A DNA stretch of 64,000 bases. Source: Camelus ferus (taxonomy: Eukaryota). The notes below the pieces were generated by a model. That model did no database searches. It worked only from the letters and a program-made list of their open reading frames with translations, and was not told where the DNA came from. The DNA lies in contig NC_045696.1 in NCBI RefSeq assembly GCF_009834535.1, positions 81,780,001 to 81,844,000 of the forward strand, in the 5' to 3' direction. This document shows positions 40,144 through 52,981 of this stretch, piece by piece. How positions within the stretch are numbered: position 1 is the stretch's first letter; each line of letters starts with the position of its first letter. Made by a program: the position numbers and the translations under genes.

Positions 40144-41248
40144 AAAAACATGGAGTATGTTTTAGATGTAATGCTGTATGACAAAGGATACAAACTGTAT
40201 GTGCATCATGTTAATAACTATATAAAAATAAAACTAACGGAGAAAAAAGAACTGTAAGGAACTTCTCCAGTGGTTTCATCGGAAGATTTTTTAAATTGTT
40301 CAAAAACAAGCACACATTAATTTTTGAATGAGAAAATATATTTTTAAAAGAAACAAAATGAGTGAATACCAAACAATCAGAAGCTCACATAACAAATACC
40401 TTGAGGCTTCAGGTCTGCCACCCACCTTCCATCCTGATAACTATCCCTTTACATTCATGGGAAGCTACACAGTAGATAAGGAAACTCTGGGGTCTTCCCC
40501 AGAACTTCCAGGGACTAATTCAGTGGCTGTGTGCAAGTCACTTGACTGGTGTCCCTATCTCAGAAGAATTGACTGAAATGTTGAGCACCCAGATATCATG
40601 AGAAGATAAAAAATACAAAGACCACATTTTCTCAGTATACTGATTTCACAGAATTTCAGGTCTGAAAGGGTCCTCCAAAATCAGGCAGCTGAACTCTTTC
40701 ACTTTACAGATGACATCCAGAGAAAGGAGGCACTGGCCCAAGGCCACACAGCTGGTTAGAGGCAAGGGTCCAGCTGAAACGCAGGAGGCTGACTGCCGAG
40801 GCAGTGCCGTTTCCACTCTATAGAGGGCAGGAGTCCACTGACCAACAGACAAGACCAAGCAGGCGGGGCACGTTCACTGGTGATTTTCTCTGCAACCATG
40901 TACACACAAATGGAAAGGACACCCTTCTTCCAATAATTTTCAAAGACACTTATTTTAAAATTTGCTAATAAAGAGAAGACTGATGGAATAAAATGGAAAA
41001 TGTATGGGCTATAAAGTAAACAACAATGAAGATAAAATGGTTCAAATAACGTGTTAGACCCATATATGCATCTGAATGTCCCAGGACAGTCCTGACTTGA
41101 CATGTTCTATGACTTGGTTCCATAGGCACTGCTGTAATTGTCATATCAAGCACCCCAATTTTTGGTCCAGGATATCAGGTCATCTCACCTATATACCAAA
41201 ACCTTCCCATATGCAAATAGACACTTGTGGACCACAGTGGAGGTTCCC

Positions 41249-41289
41249 GCACACGCACACACATGCACACACACGTGCACACACACACA
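41249..41289. repeat. Alternating purine-pyrimidine (CA/CG/TG) tract
   Basis: gcacacgcacacacatgcacacacacgtgcacacacacaca read directly. Confidence 0.85.
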
Positions 41290-41420
41290 GAGTTCCGTCT
41301 CCCTCCATGACAAACTGACCACCCTTCTCAGAGCTGAGTACAGATGCACTTGGGTGGGCCTGGGAGTCTGCATGGCCTTTTTCCCCCTAGACAATATTAA
41401 CCCACATCTTTCCCCTCTAG

Positions 41421-41638
41421 GGAAAGGAGAGCAGTCGTACCCGGACCTTCTGGCTCTGGTGATCGCGATTGTCGTCACCATCATTGTCGCACTGGGGGTG
41501 AAGAATTCTGTGGGCTTCAACAATGTGCTCAACGTGCTGAACCTGGCCGTGTGGGTGTTCATCATGATTGCAGGCTTCTTCTTCATCAGTGGGAAGCACT
41601 GGGCTGGAGGCCAGTTCTTGCCCCACGGCTGGTCAGGG
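41421..41638 (+). CDS. SLC7A14: SLC7A14 exon 4
   Basis: Acceptor ctttcccctctAG|GG; (G)KGEQSYPDLLALVIAIVVTIIVALGVKNS...FLPHGWSG. Donor GGG|GTGAGT; 218 nt, phase 1-0. Confidence 0.97.
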
Positions 41639-44600
41639 GTGAGTCCATTCCTACATCCTGGTGTACCTGATGCATGCTCTGCCTTCCACCCTGTGACTAG
41701 TCTAAGACATATTTTCAAGAAAATGCTGCTTGTCTCATCATCTTCATGGCACCCTCTCCAACACCTTTTATCTGAATTTAATTGGAATGTCCCAAAGAAG
41801 TGGTTCTTTTTAAATTTATTTGTTTGTTTTACAAACATTCCTTGAGATCTTATTTTATACAAATTTGAAGTATTGGTCACTTGCCATATGCCTAATACTA
41901 CAGTAGGTGCTCTGCATATAATACCTCATTTAATCTTCCTAATTACTGCAAAAGGAAAATATTTACATTATAGTCTTACAGAGGAAAAAACTCACCCTCA
42001 GAGAGGTCAAATGGCTTGCTATTAAACACACAGTATAAGTGCCCAAGTCAGGACCCAATGCCACGACTGTCTGACTCCAAAGCCTGTACATGAACTGCTC
42101 AGTCATTTAGAATCTCTCTATAGTCTATTCAGAGGGACAGACAGTCCATAAATAGGCAACGCAGTATAGGATGCCGGGTCAGTGGACGGGTGAGGAAGGG
42201 ATGAATGTTGCTTGGGAATGGAACTACGAAAAAAACAGCTTTTAAATCTAATCTCAACGTTTGACCCAAGGTGGAGAGTCCCACTGCAGTCAGAGGGCAG
42301 ATGAGCAGGCCCAGTGAGCACTGGGTATAGATCCCATTCCAGTGGTGTGGTCTACAGCAGAGAAGTCCACCTGGTGTGGTCTGGGGGTTGGCGAGAGAGT
42401 GTGCTGAACCAAAAGGATATTTTCAGTCTCATCCCTGTGATAGGGTGGTGTGGTTTCTGCTAAAGAAAAATGGGAAGGTCAGAGTGGAAATTCTTTATGC
42501 TAATGAGTACTAGTTCTAAGATGTACCCGGATTCTTTCCCTAGTATGACTAAGATTCTTACTTTATGGATTTATTGGTAATATTCACCAGCTCATTCTTT
42601 TTTTTTTTAACAGTAGAACATAAATCAGAGAATTTTGAGCTAGAACGGATCTTAGGTCACCTGGTCCCATGCCCTCATTTAACAGGTAAAGAAACTGAGA
42701 CCAAGAGATGCAAAGCCTCCCAGGATCCATGACAGAAGCCCATGCAGGATTCCACCAGTCTTGCTTTTGTAGCTTTTGCTTAGGCTGGTTTTTCTTGAAG
42801 AGGTCCAGGGACCAGAAATCACTTTTGGAGAACACTCAAAGTAACTTCTGTGTATTTTAAACTATGCCACACTGTTCAATGCAGAGAAAGAAAACAAGGA
42901 AGCAATTTAAGCCAAGATTTCTAGTCTTCCGCTTATCTGTAAGAATTCCACAGGACCATGGAGTTCATCCCTCCTCCATGAAAATGAATAAATCCTGAAA
43001 CTGGTTAGAACCAGAAGCAGAGACAAAGAAACACTGTTGATGACCTCATTCTGGGTTCCCAAGTCTATATTTTTTTATGATACAAATTGTTCCTTTCCTA
43101 TCAAATAAGAGAAACAACAAATTATAAGACTGACAAAGAAAGAATGTTTTCCCGAAACTCAGTTGCATTTTCATCATAGCACATGAAAATGTTCTCACCA
43201 TTTTCTTAACAACGTAAAAATTACTGGGTCATGGACTTACTGTAAGACTTTGGCCAACAGTTAACTTCTGTACTTTCAGGTTTCCTCATCTATCAAGTGA
43301 TAAAACTAATTGCACCAAATATTTGGAAAAAAAAGAATAAAATCTTAGATGTTTTCATGTGCACATTGTGTGGTTTGCAATAGCGATCACGTTGGGAGTA
43401 AGGAGCTCGCATTCGTCCATACCTGCTGGGTGCCCAGCTTTGTACTCCATGGATATCAAAACTTTACAGAAGGTGCTGCTATCCCCAAACTTACAGATGG
43501 AGAACCCAAGGCTCAGAGAGGCTGGATATCTTGCCTGAAGTCACTTAGCTAGTCGGTGCCAGGACTGAAATCCCCACCCAGCTGTATATATGGCTCTAAA
43601 GCCCCTTCTACTACATTGAGAGCCTCGTGTATGATGACCCCTCCTTTCTGAGCCTTTCTTTAAAAAAAAAAAAAAAGTAATATGGTAATTAATCTGACAG
43701 GTTTCATTTTCATTTCCTTCAAGCCATCACAAAGTCTTAGAGTATGGGAGCTGGGAGAAGCATTAAAGCAATGGATGGTCTAGGCTTTTATCAGATGGGA
43801 GTATAGTTAAGCTGGCTCAGGCCAAACGTGCATTGTTTACTGACACATCATATCAGAGCAATTTGAAAACTTTTTTTAATTACTCAGATCATGTTTAATT
43901 TTCAGACTTTTCCTAACAAGCCTATTTAAATGGTACACACTGTAGTCTAGGCCCCATGTGAAGACTAGAAAGAGCTAATATGCTCTGTGTGAATACCCTC
44001 TGCCCATGCTGAAGAAGATGAGCAAGTCTTTGAGACTTTCCCTTTGTTCTTTGTTCTGGGGTCTTTATTTCCCTTACGGGGTCTCCTCTCCTCCTCAGGG
44101 GCTTCACATCTTTACTCAGTCGGGAGCTGCCTCATTAAGGAAGGAGCTGATCAAGCTGAGCTTAAGGGGTCCTCATCTACCCAATTCCAGGTTCTCACTA
44201 GCTTCTGCAGCAAGAGAAGAAGATCAGAAATCAGGCATAAAAAAGAAAGGAAGGATGCCATCCCTAACACGGCCTTCCTTATGACACACTCTTTCATATA
44301 TACTTTTCATTTAATCTTCACCACAGCCCTGCAAGACAAGTACAGTGATCTCCAGTTGTACATCAAAATAACTGAAGTTTAGAAAAGTTAAGTCACAAAT
44401 CTAGATCATAACAGAGTTGAGATTCAATGCCAGTCTTGGATGAGCAAAAGCCTTTATTTATTCCTCTACCCCTGGTTGGATATGTGGGACCAACTGTCTT
44501 TTTCTGCACCTTTGGCCACTGACCTCACTCTAACCCAAGCCTGCTACCTGGAGGAGGCTTGTCATTGGCCACCCAAAAAGCTGGCTGAGATTTTGGATTA

Positions 44601-47600
44601 TTCTTTGCCAATCCATTTTCCCTGCAGGAAATTCAAATATATGTCCCAGTGGCTGTGACTAAAAACATCATCTGAGCACAAAGGACAGCCCAGTGGGAAG
44701 ATGATGCTGACTCATCCTGTCTGCTATCTGCCTGGCCTTGGATCTCTGCAGTGTACATTTCCCCCTCCAGCAAACTGCCTAGACCTGTTCTTTCTCAGCT
44801 TTGGTTTCAGGTCAATTTTCCGGTCCAGCAAGGCCACTTTGAATACAGATGCTATTTTTTAAGGTCTGACACCTTTTCATGAGCATGCCATCCACCAAGT
44901 GAACAAACACACTCCCTACTCTGTTATCGAATAATTGTCAACAAAAGTGAGTTGTCTACTTGGCAGCTGCGTGAACTTCACTCCTGAGGGAAAACCTGAC
45001 CCCTACCTGGCAAGGGGACCATTTCAGAGTTCCAACCCACTTTATTCTTCAACCCCTTCAGGTAGTATGGGATGGAGGGAACCACTGTGGAGGGAATGGT
45101 TTATAAGGACACTGTGACATGACTTGAAACACAAGTCTCAAGGACTTTGAAAGAGTTAATGAGCAATCTGTCCTCTGGCCATGGACCCCTCAGAAACCTA
45201 CTCTTTCACTGTTCCAACCACTTCCTTCCAAAGAAAATAACTTAAGGAATGGTTTACTCACTTACAGGTTCTGGGTCAAATGCTTCTTTGGTCTTGAAGA
45301 GCTTAAGAACAACAAACACTTCTTCCCCTATATCAAGTAACTGCTGGCCCTCGGCTGAACCCCTGCTTCCTTCTGCAATTCCTCAGCCCCTGAACATTGT
45401 TGGATGTGTATTCGCTGTATGTTATTTGTTCTTGATGCTATCTTACGGCTTCTCTTTAACCAAACAAGACTCTCCACCAGCACAAATAGCTCCCAGGAAA
45501 ACAGTTCAGAGCAAGTATTTGTGGGGAATGCTGACAGCCTCCAAACAAAGGAAAAGTTGTTTTCCATGTCTCCACATTTGAATCCACTTGTTGGAACCTA
45601 TTAGCACATTCCACTGTCGCTGTGGACAGGCTGCTAATAGATCTGGAGAATGAGAGTGGTAGGAAATGCTGTTAAAGTTGGAGTTTTGTCTTGTTACCTG
45701 GGGACCGAATTACATAAAAGTGCCTAATTTTTTCCTAGGCATCTGGCAGACCCGCCAAGGCAGAATATGGAGAGCTGCCTCACCCTAATGCCTCTCAAAC
45801 ATCAGCAAGGCACAGGGGACAGCTTTTAGGGATTCCAGACACTGAGTAGCAGGCCACAAATGACACTCTTTTGACAACTAATTAAGTAGCAGCCCTCCAG
45901 CAATTGAGACATGAGCTGCTTCCCCACAAAGCTCTGTAGAGGGGAGGACAGACCTGGATCACCCAGCTGAGCAGCTACCAGGTTGATTTTGGAATAAAAT
46001 TGCCATTTATGTCACCAAATTAGAAAATCAATACTGTTTTTTATTTACATAAAACATTAAAGGAAAGTTAGGATAAAGTACCGACTTACCCAGAAACACA
46101 CACATACATGCACACACACTTCACCCACCACTTTTATTCACAGATGCTCACCCGTTGGTACCACACGTTCTTTCAGGCATGGAAAGGTATCCTAATCATA
46201 AATGCCAGAGGCCAGATCTGCGATCTGGAAAAGGTGAAGTGAAAGCAGTGTCAGTGGTTATTTGGGTAGAGACACACCCATACACAGTTTCATTTCATGG
46301 TTCTTTTGTAGTTACCAGTCAGGGATCATTTGCTTGCAAGGAAGAAAAACTCATTCAAACTAACTTCAGTAAAAAGGTGAGCCTATTTGCTGATTGTATT
46401 ATCTTCTCTTTGATAATCTGTTTATTTAATCTGTATCTCATTAGGCCAGGGTCTGTTTGATCTTGGCAGGTGTGCTGGTTTTCCTCCATTTCTTCCACCC
46501 GCTCTCTACCCCTCAGGCTCTGTTCTGTCCCCCAGAAGACCCCTTGCTGGTTGCTTCCTGTTGGGCTTAGCCAGTGGGAGACATCACCAGGAGATCAGAA
46601 GGTGAGAAAACGAGGCAGAGGTATTTCTTCCTCAGGCCCTCCTGGCCTGACTCCTAGAGCCCCTTCACTGAAACCATTTCATCTGCACCATCCGAGTGAA
46701 ACTTCGTGTTCTGCCTATCACAGAACCTCTAGCTCTCTGACATCCGTTCAGTCACTCTTCAGCCTCAATTGCTTTCGAGCTCTACATAAGCAAATTCAAG
46801 CTAACAGACATTCTCTTTGCAAACTTCTTCTTTCTCTTCCAAAACTTATTCTCTCTCTTCCCAACTTGACCATAGTTAAGTTTCTGGTATCTAATCATTA
46901 TCAGTGATTGCCATCTATTCTTTCACTCATTTGGGAAATAGTAGCGTCTGTGTTTTACAAATACATAGTCTCTATTAATCTTGTTCAGTCTGTTACCACA
47001 GTCGAGGTTACATTTTGAGTCCTGCAATGTCCTCTAGGCTCCAAGCCCCAGCGGATCAAGTCCAGAGTACTTTTGCATTTGACTGCATCCACACCACCAA
47101 GCACAGTTCCTGGTTCATGGAAGCAGTTAATAAAATGCGTGTGAAGTTTAAAAGAAAAGTAATAAGGAGGAGGAAGAAGAGGAGGAATCTGTTTGTGCCC
47201 TTAGGTTCATCTGTTCTAGAAAAACTTACAACAGTAATAAAAATATTGCTAATAAGAGCAATATTTATAAGTACCGACTGTATTCTATGACTGTGGTTGA
47301 CTATATTATCTCATTTAATCCTTGTAACAATCCAATGAGCTAAATAAATACGATTTTTATCTCCATATAAGTGATAAAGAAAATGAGCTCTCAAGGGGTG
47401 AGGAATTTGTTCTAGGTCACCAAACTAGTATGTGACAGAACTAACCTAGGTCTGACAGTCTACAAAATCTGCACTCCTAACCAAATCCTATCCCACCCAT
47501 ATGCATGGCCGTGGGATTCCCTCTGCAGCCTACAGTGTACCTCTCCTCCAGCTGCTACACAGTCCATACTTCAAAACTGGGAAGTGTCCCTCCAATTCTG

Positions 47601-48296
47601 TCTGGAGGCATCTTCCACTGAGTCTTCTCTTCAAGTTAGATATCCCCAACTGTTCAGTTATTCTTCATATGGCATAGTTTACAGACCTCTCACTTTTTTC
47701 TAGGGTAGCTTGGCCCTAAGTTCTTATTTAGCACCTCCCCACCCTTCTGTCCTCAGCAGGGACCTCTTCTAGTGTCAGTAACCTTTCCATCCAGAACTGA
47801 TCACACCAAGTTGGCATGGCACTGTAGACCTGGGATGTCCTAATTGGGAGCAATGCATCATCAGACTGATTGTCATAAAAGGTCACTATATGATTTACAA
47901 GAGTTGTGTGTATGTGTGTGTATGTGTTTAAGGCAAGAAAGATGCTAAAGGAAGAGAAAGCAGGACCTGTATTCTGAAAGCTGTCTTTAAGCAAAGCTTT
48001 CCTTGATTGTGGCCACTTAGCGAGCCTGGAACCCCAGAATCCATTCATCCTTGAACACCAGAAACATCTTTTAGACAAATGAGAACAAGCACGTTTCCAA
48101 ATCTGTGAACCTCCGTGTACAATAAGGTGAGATCTGTCTGATCTCCTTGTCTAGAGATCAAAGACACTTCCCAAGTCCTAAAGTGAAGGACTTCACTTGA
48201 GTGAAATTGGGGGTTATCACCTCTCCCAGAAAGTAGCCCTCTGGTGTCAACTGCTGGTTTGAGAAGTTCTTTCTGCCTGAGTTATTAGAATAGATA

Positions 48297-49010
48297 AGGC
48301 ATTCACAGATATTTTTTATGCGTGTGTGCTGTGGATTCCTCGACAGCCTGGTGAAGCCTATGCACCCCCTTTTGATGACTGTGTTTATAAATGAATAATC
48401 TAATTACATAGGCGTTTCAAAGAAATCCATTACAGTTGACCCATGAACAACACGAGTTTGAACTGAGCTGTTCCACTTGAGTGGATTTTTTAAAATAGTA
48501 AATACTATGGTACTTCACTGGCCAGGGGTTGGTTGAATCCACAGATACAGAATCACATACACAGAGGAACTGAGTACATGGAGGAACCATGGATACAGAG
48601 GGCCACTGTAAGTGAATTTTCGACCATGCTGGGGTCGCACCCCTAACCCCCACGTTGTTCAAGGGTTAACTGTATACTGAAAAATAGTTGTAAAAATATT
48701 TTTAAATTGTGATATAACAATGTGCTTCTTTATTAGTGCTTTAAAGATTAATATCTATATCTAATAACCGTCATAAATTGGAAGGAGCAATGAGCACAAG
48801 TGGTGTTTCAAGATGTCTGCAACAACTAACATCATAGGAAACTGATTGTTATTGGTGACAAAGTCACAGGTTCTGTTAGTTTGTCACCTACACTTATAAC
48901 TGAAAGAAATGATAACCTTCAGGTGGAGGTTAATGAAAATAAAAAGATAATTTTTCTCAGCAAAATTCTGAGACCCCCTTGAATTGTGTGGACCCCAGAA
49001 TGAGAACCCC
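48297..49010. mobile_element. MER119-like hAT-Charlie element, split by a Tigger2-type insertion
   Basis: cagcctggtgaagcctatgcacccc...catagg...aagaaatccatta | tactgaaaatagtt...ggaccccagaatgagaacccc. Confidence 0.65.
48433..48672. mobile_element. Tigger2-family MITE
   Basis: Terminal inverted repeats cagttgacccatgaacaac / gttgttcaagggttaactg with TA on both sides (48431-48432, 48673-48674). Confidence 0.9.
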
Positions 49011-49849
49011 CAGTTAAAGAACTGAAACATTAGAGTCCTAACGGGAAAGACTATAGAAGAAACTAACTCATTTTACAGACGGGCAAAGGTTGCTTTGGGA
49101 AGTTTGAGATGCCCTTCCATTTTGTGATGACCTTGCGGGTTCTAGTTCTGAGTGTTCTGTCTTTTACTTATTGAGAAGTCAGTGGGAAAGGTAAGAGTGA
49201 AAATTTAGGGACTGGTTTCTGCTTGGCACATGTTTACAATTTTATCCTTTATAAACTAAATACGGAGAAAAGAAAAAAAAAATGGTCCAGTCCATAAGGA
49301 GCCTCACTCCCAGACCCCTGGCTAGAGCTTGCATGTTGCCAAGTCCCCTCACCCCATAAACACAAGCCCAGAAAAATCTCTCTCATCTTCCCCTAGAATG
49401 ACATCCCCAAGCATTCAAAGAGGCACATTTCTTACTTTCAGCTGATAATAAGAATGCTAACTGGGGGAAACATAATTTAAACTTCAATAGATTCTTTGGA
49501 AGAAAGTCACAGACTCCTCAGTGAAAGATTTTCACTGACTTCTTGACTTGTCAAGTCCCAACCATCCTTGGAATCACATGGGCTCCTGTGAGATAGACAT
49601 CCAGCAAAGGTCACTGGATACCATTCCCTAGCTTCACACGGCCTCACTCATCTCCTCCCCTGCCTTGTAGCCCAACTAGGTCACTCAAGCCCCCAAAAAG
49701 AGCAGGAAAATCAAATCATCTCTACCTGTCTTCCCATAGAAGACAACAGAATGTCTGAAGATCAGAAAACCTTTTATACAATTTCAGACCTGAAAGTTGC
49801 CACGGAGACGATGGACCAGGGTCACTAACGGTAATCTGGGCAGGATAGT

Positions 49850-49993
49850 TTGCACAAAAGCATCTGAGTCTCCTACACTAAATGCCAGAAGCACCCACCT
49901 CATGTCTCTGTGACAGTCACAGGAACCTCCCCACATTTCCAAACACTCCCTAGGGATAGTCACACAGCCTGTGATTGTGGTTGAGAACCACTG
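49850..49993. mobile_element. MER20-like fragment
   Basis: cactaaatgccagaagcacc...tgtgaca...ttccaaacactccct...ggttgagaaccactg. Confidence 0.6.
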
Positions 49994-50335
49994 AATGAAA
50001 ACAAAGCACAAAGAAGTTAATGAGTTCCTAAGATGTAGGGATAGCCAACTTATTTATTCATAACCCCACTTATTTCCAAAACTGATTTGAATGTGTTGAG
50101 TGACCTAGTTTTATTTGGCTATAATCCTTATCTTCATTTTACACATGAGGGAACTTCCCAGAGTCACACAGCTAGAAAGTAGCGATGAGAACTCAAGCGT
50201 TTAGCACAAGTCCCACCATGTTAACCCCTCTGCCACTCAGTAGTGTCTGCCGGGCACTGGGCAACTGTGGGCACCACATGTCAGGCCCTGGTGCTGCCCT
50301 GACACTGAGTGTGACAAATGTCTTCATCCCTACAG

Positions 50336-50482
50336 GTGATGCAAGGAGCAGCCACATGTTTCTATGCTTTCATTGGCTTTGACATCATTGCCACCACCGG
50401 AGAGGAAGCCAAGAATCCCAACACATCCATCCCGTATGCTATCACCGCCTCCCTCGTCATCTGCCTGACAGCCTATGTGTCC
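50336..50482 (+). CDS. SLC7A14: SLC7A14 exon 5
   Basis: Acceptor tcttcatccctac[54 protein letters not shown] contains the TM6 FYAFIGFD and EEAKNP motifs. Donor TCC|GTAAGT; 147 nt, phase 0-0. Confidence 0.97.
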
Positions 50483-52981
50483 GTAAGTACCAAATGCTTA
50501 TGGGGCCCTCCTCATGGTCTTTTCATATCTGACCTTAAAATGTGACTCTGGGGCTGGGTTTCCTTCTGTCAGGAAGTAATCCTTTCCTTGTGCCTTCTTG
50601 GTGTTTGTATGCGTATGTTTCGTGTTGCTCCCTCTTTTTACACTGGCTCAAGCTCACCCCACCCGCTGAGGACAAGAAGAAAATCAGGGCTCCAAACTGG
50701 AGACGGGAGAAGCCTCAGGCCCTCACTTAAGCCAGGGCCTGCGCCCCTATTCCTCCCTCTGCACAGGCTCCTGGTGTCAGCTGCTGCCCAGGGGATAGTG
50801 TGCAGGGAGTGGGCTGCCGTCCAAGGAGCTCAGATCATAGGCTGGCAGTAACGGGTGGGTGTGCGAGCAGAGGCATTGTGAGCCTCTGTGCACCTTCCTC
50901 AATGCTCCTCTGTCTTCTGGGAGCTTCCCAGCAGCAAAGAGGCAAGGCTTTCCCAGAGTGGAGGGAGGGAACACATCGTCCTCTAGAGGTGCTCTTCCCC
51001 TAAGTCTAGGAGGGGGCAGGGGGATGCAATGTCTTCCTGCTCTTGCTCCGTATTTTCACACTGGCTCAAGCTCACCCCTTCAGGTTTCCCTGCTAAGGGA
51101 AGTCCTCAGAATGAACCCTTCAGGCTTGTCTCCTCAGGATCACGCCCCTGAGACACTCCTCACACTTCTGATGTGTCATCTCACAGCTCCCACCCCAGAA
51201 TCTCTCACAGAAATAGTTCGGCCCCATCCAACATCCCCTCAGCCCCTGGCAACAGCAAGAACCAGCTGGTAAGCCAACAGGAGTGTGGTCACACAAATCC
51301 CCCCAAGTCCTGGGGGTCCCACCCATTCAGTCACCACAGTTAGGAAAGAGTCACCAGCCAGGGTGCGCCCTATCAGCCCTGCTGTTCCTGCGGCCATAGC
51401 ATGCGGCAAGAATCTCCTTCCCACCCAGCACATCCACCTCAGCCCCACCAAAAAAAAAAAAACTTTAGCAACAGCCTGAAGAAGCCAGGCCAGTGGACCA
51501 CTAAGGCAAACAGGACTATCCTGGAAGCCAAAAGAAAACACGAGAGCAGTGCTGCATGCGGGCCGCCAGCCACGTTTCCGGCTAGGTCAGTTATCACCTC
51601 CCCATGCACACACTCAACCGGCTTCATCTCGTCCAACCCTGATTCTCTCTGCAGACTGTGATCAGGAACAGCTGGGCTGGGGGCAGCAGAGACACTCTCT
51701 TCTGCATTTCCCCTGCTGTTCCTCCCTCATACGCCCCCTCCTGCAGGGGTCAAGCACTGCAGCACACACAGTGACGTTAATAATCACAATTCCTTCCCTA
51801 GAATAGTGCTTTATACACTAGAGTAGTCTATGCACCCAAATTTTGGCCCATCCTAATTTAACGCAGGCAAGAGACCCAATGAGAATTGCTGTAAGAATCA
51901 ATCCCACTCTCCTCCAGTGTACCCCCCAACATCCCCAAAGGGGACATTGCAAGTGGTGACGTTGCTAGGACAGATTCCCTTTCAGAATATATGGGCCACA
52001 ACCATGCCGTGGAGTGATCAGGTCTCGTGTTGGTCAGCAGGCTGCCGCTCTACCACCAGGAGAGCCAAAGTGCTGCCTGTGGCAGTCCATGCCATCCTCC
52101 CCAGTGGCCCATGGCTTCACTGGAGGATCTTGGCTTTTGAGAATATAGGCAAAGAAGTGATCTAGAAATGAACCACTCTCTCCTTTTTAAGCTCTGGACT
52201 CCCTCTGTGATGCCAGCATTGGCCTTCACAGGCCGGGGGGGCACCTGGCCTTATGACTGCTGGTTCCATTGCCTGGGGCCAGTTATGAAGGGAGGGATGT
52301 TATGGCAGATCTATGAAATATGAAGAGAAAGAGGCCCTGATTAAGCAAAGCCATAGTGGTGTTGTAGCCCGGAGTAGAACTGGATTCCATCCTGATGCCA
52401 TAATTTGTTTCTTGGCCTGCCTGGTTCCTGGGACAGAGCTACAGAGAGGGAATGGAAATATGAGTCCCATCAGTTAATCAGCTGTGGCCCTACTATGCAC
52501 TTATCTTCAGAGTTTTGATCTCTGGCCTTTGGGGTAAGAAGTAGTATGGATAAGACCCCATGGGACCCTGAAAGTGTAAAAGAAACTGAGTCTTGTCCAT
52601 GTGGGCAAGGTGCTCAAGGTCACTGCCAGGTCCTGGCTGCACTGCCTTTGGCTGCAGCTCCTCCTACCTGATAATATCTACTTGAACCCTCAGTGTAGCT
52701 CTGCTTTCATGAAGCTGAAACACCTGCAGGTTTATTCCTCAGATGTGAAAGGGCCAGAGGGAGATATTAGTAATCACCTGGCCCAATCCACTAGATTCAC
52801 ATGTGGGGAGAAAATACTGAGACCAAGAGCTCCAGAGGCCAAATAACTGTTCTAAAGTAAAGGCAGGTGCCAAGAAGAGGCAGATCCAAGCTCCAGTGCA
52901 GGCCTCTTTCCTCTCCTATGGGACACCCATCCATGCTTCAGTCCTCTCCACCTCCCACCATGTTTCCTCTTGTTTTAACAG

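Noticed and set aside
41138..41845. 235-aa plus-strand ORF as a standalone gene
   Set aside because: Only 41421-41638 is SLC7A14-like and bounded by splice sites; the rest is in-frame intron.
41185..41880. 231-aa minus-strand ORF
   Set aside because: Antisense shadow of exon 4 plus a CA-repeat translation; no independent coding evidence.
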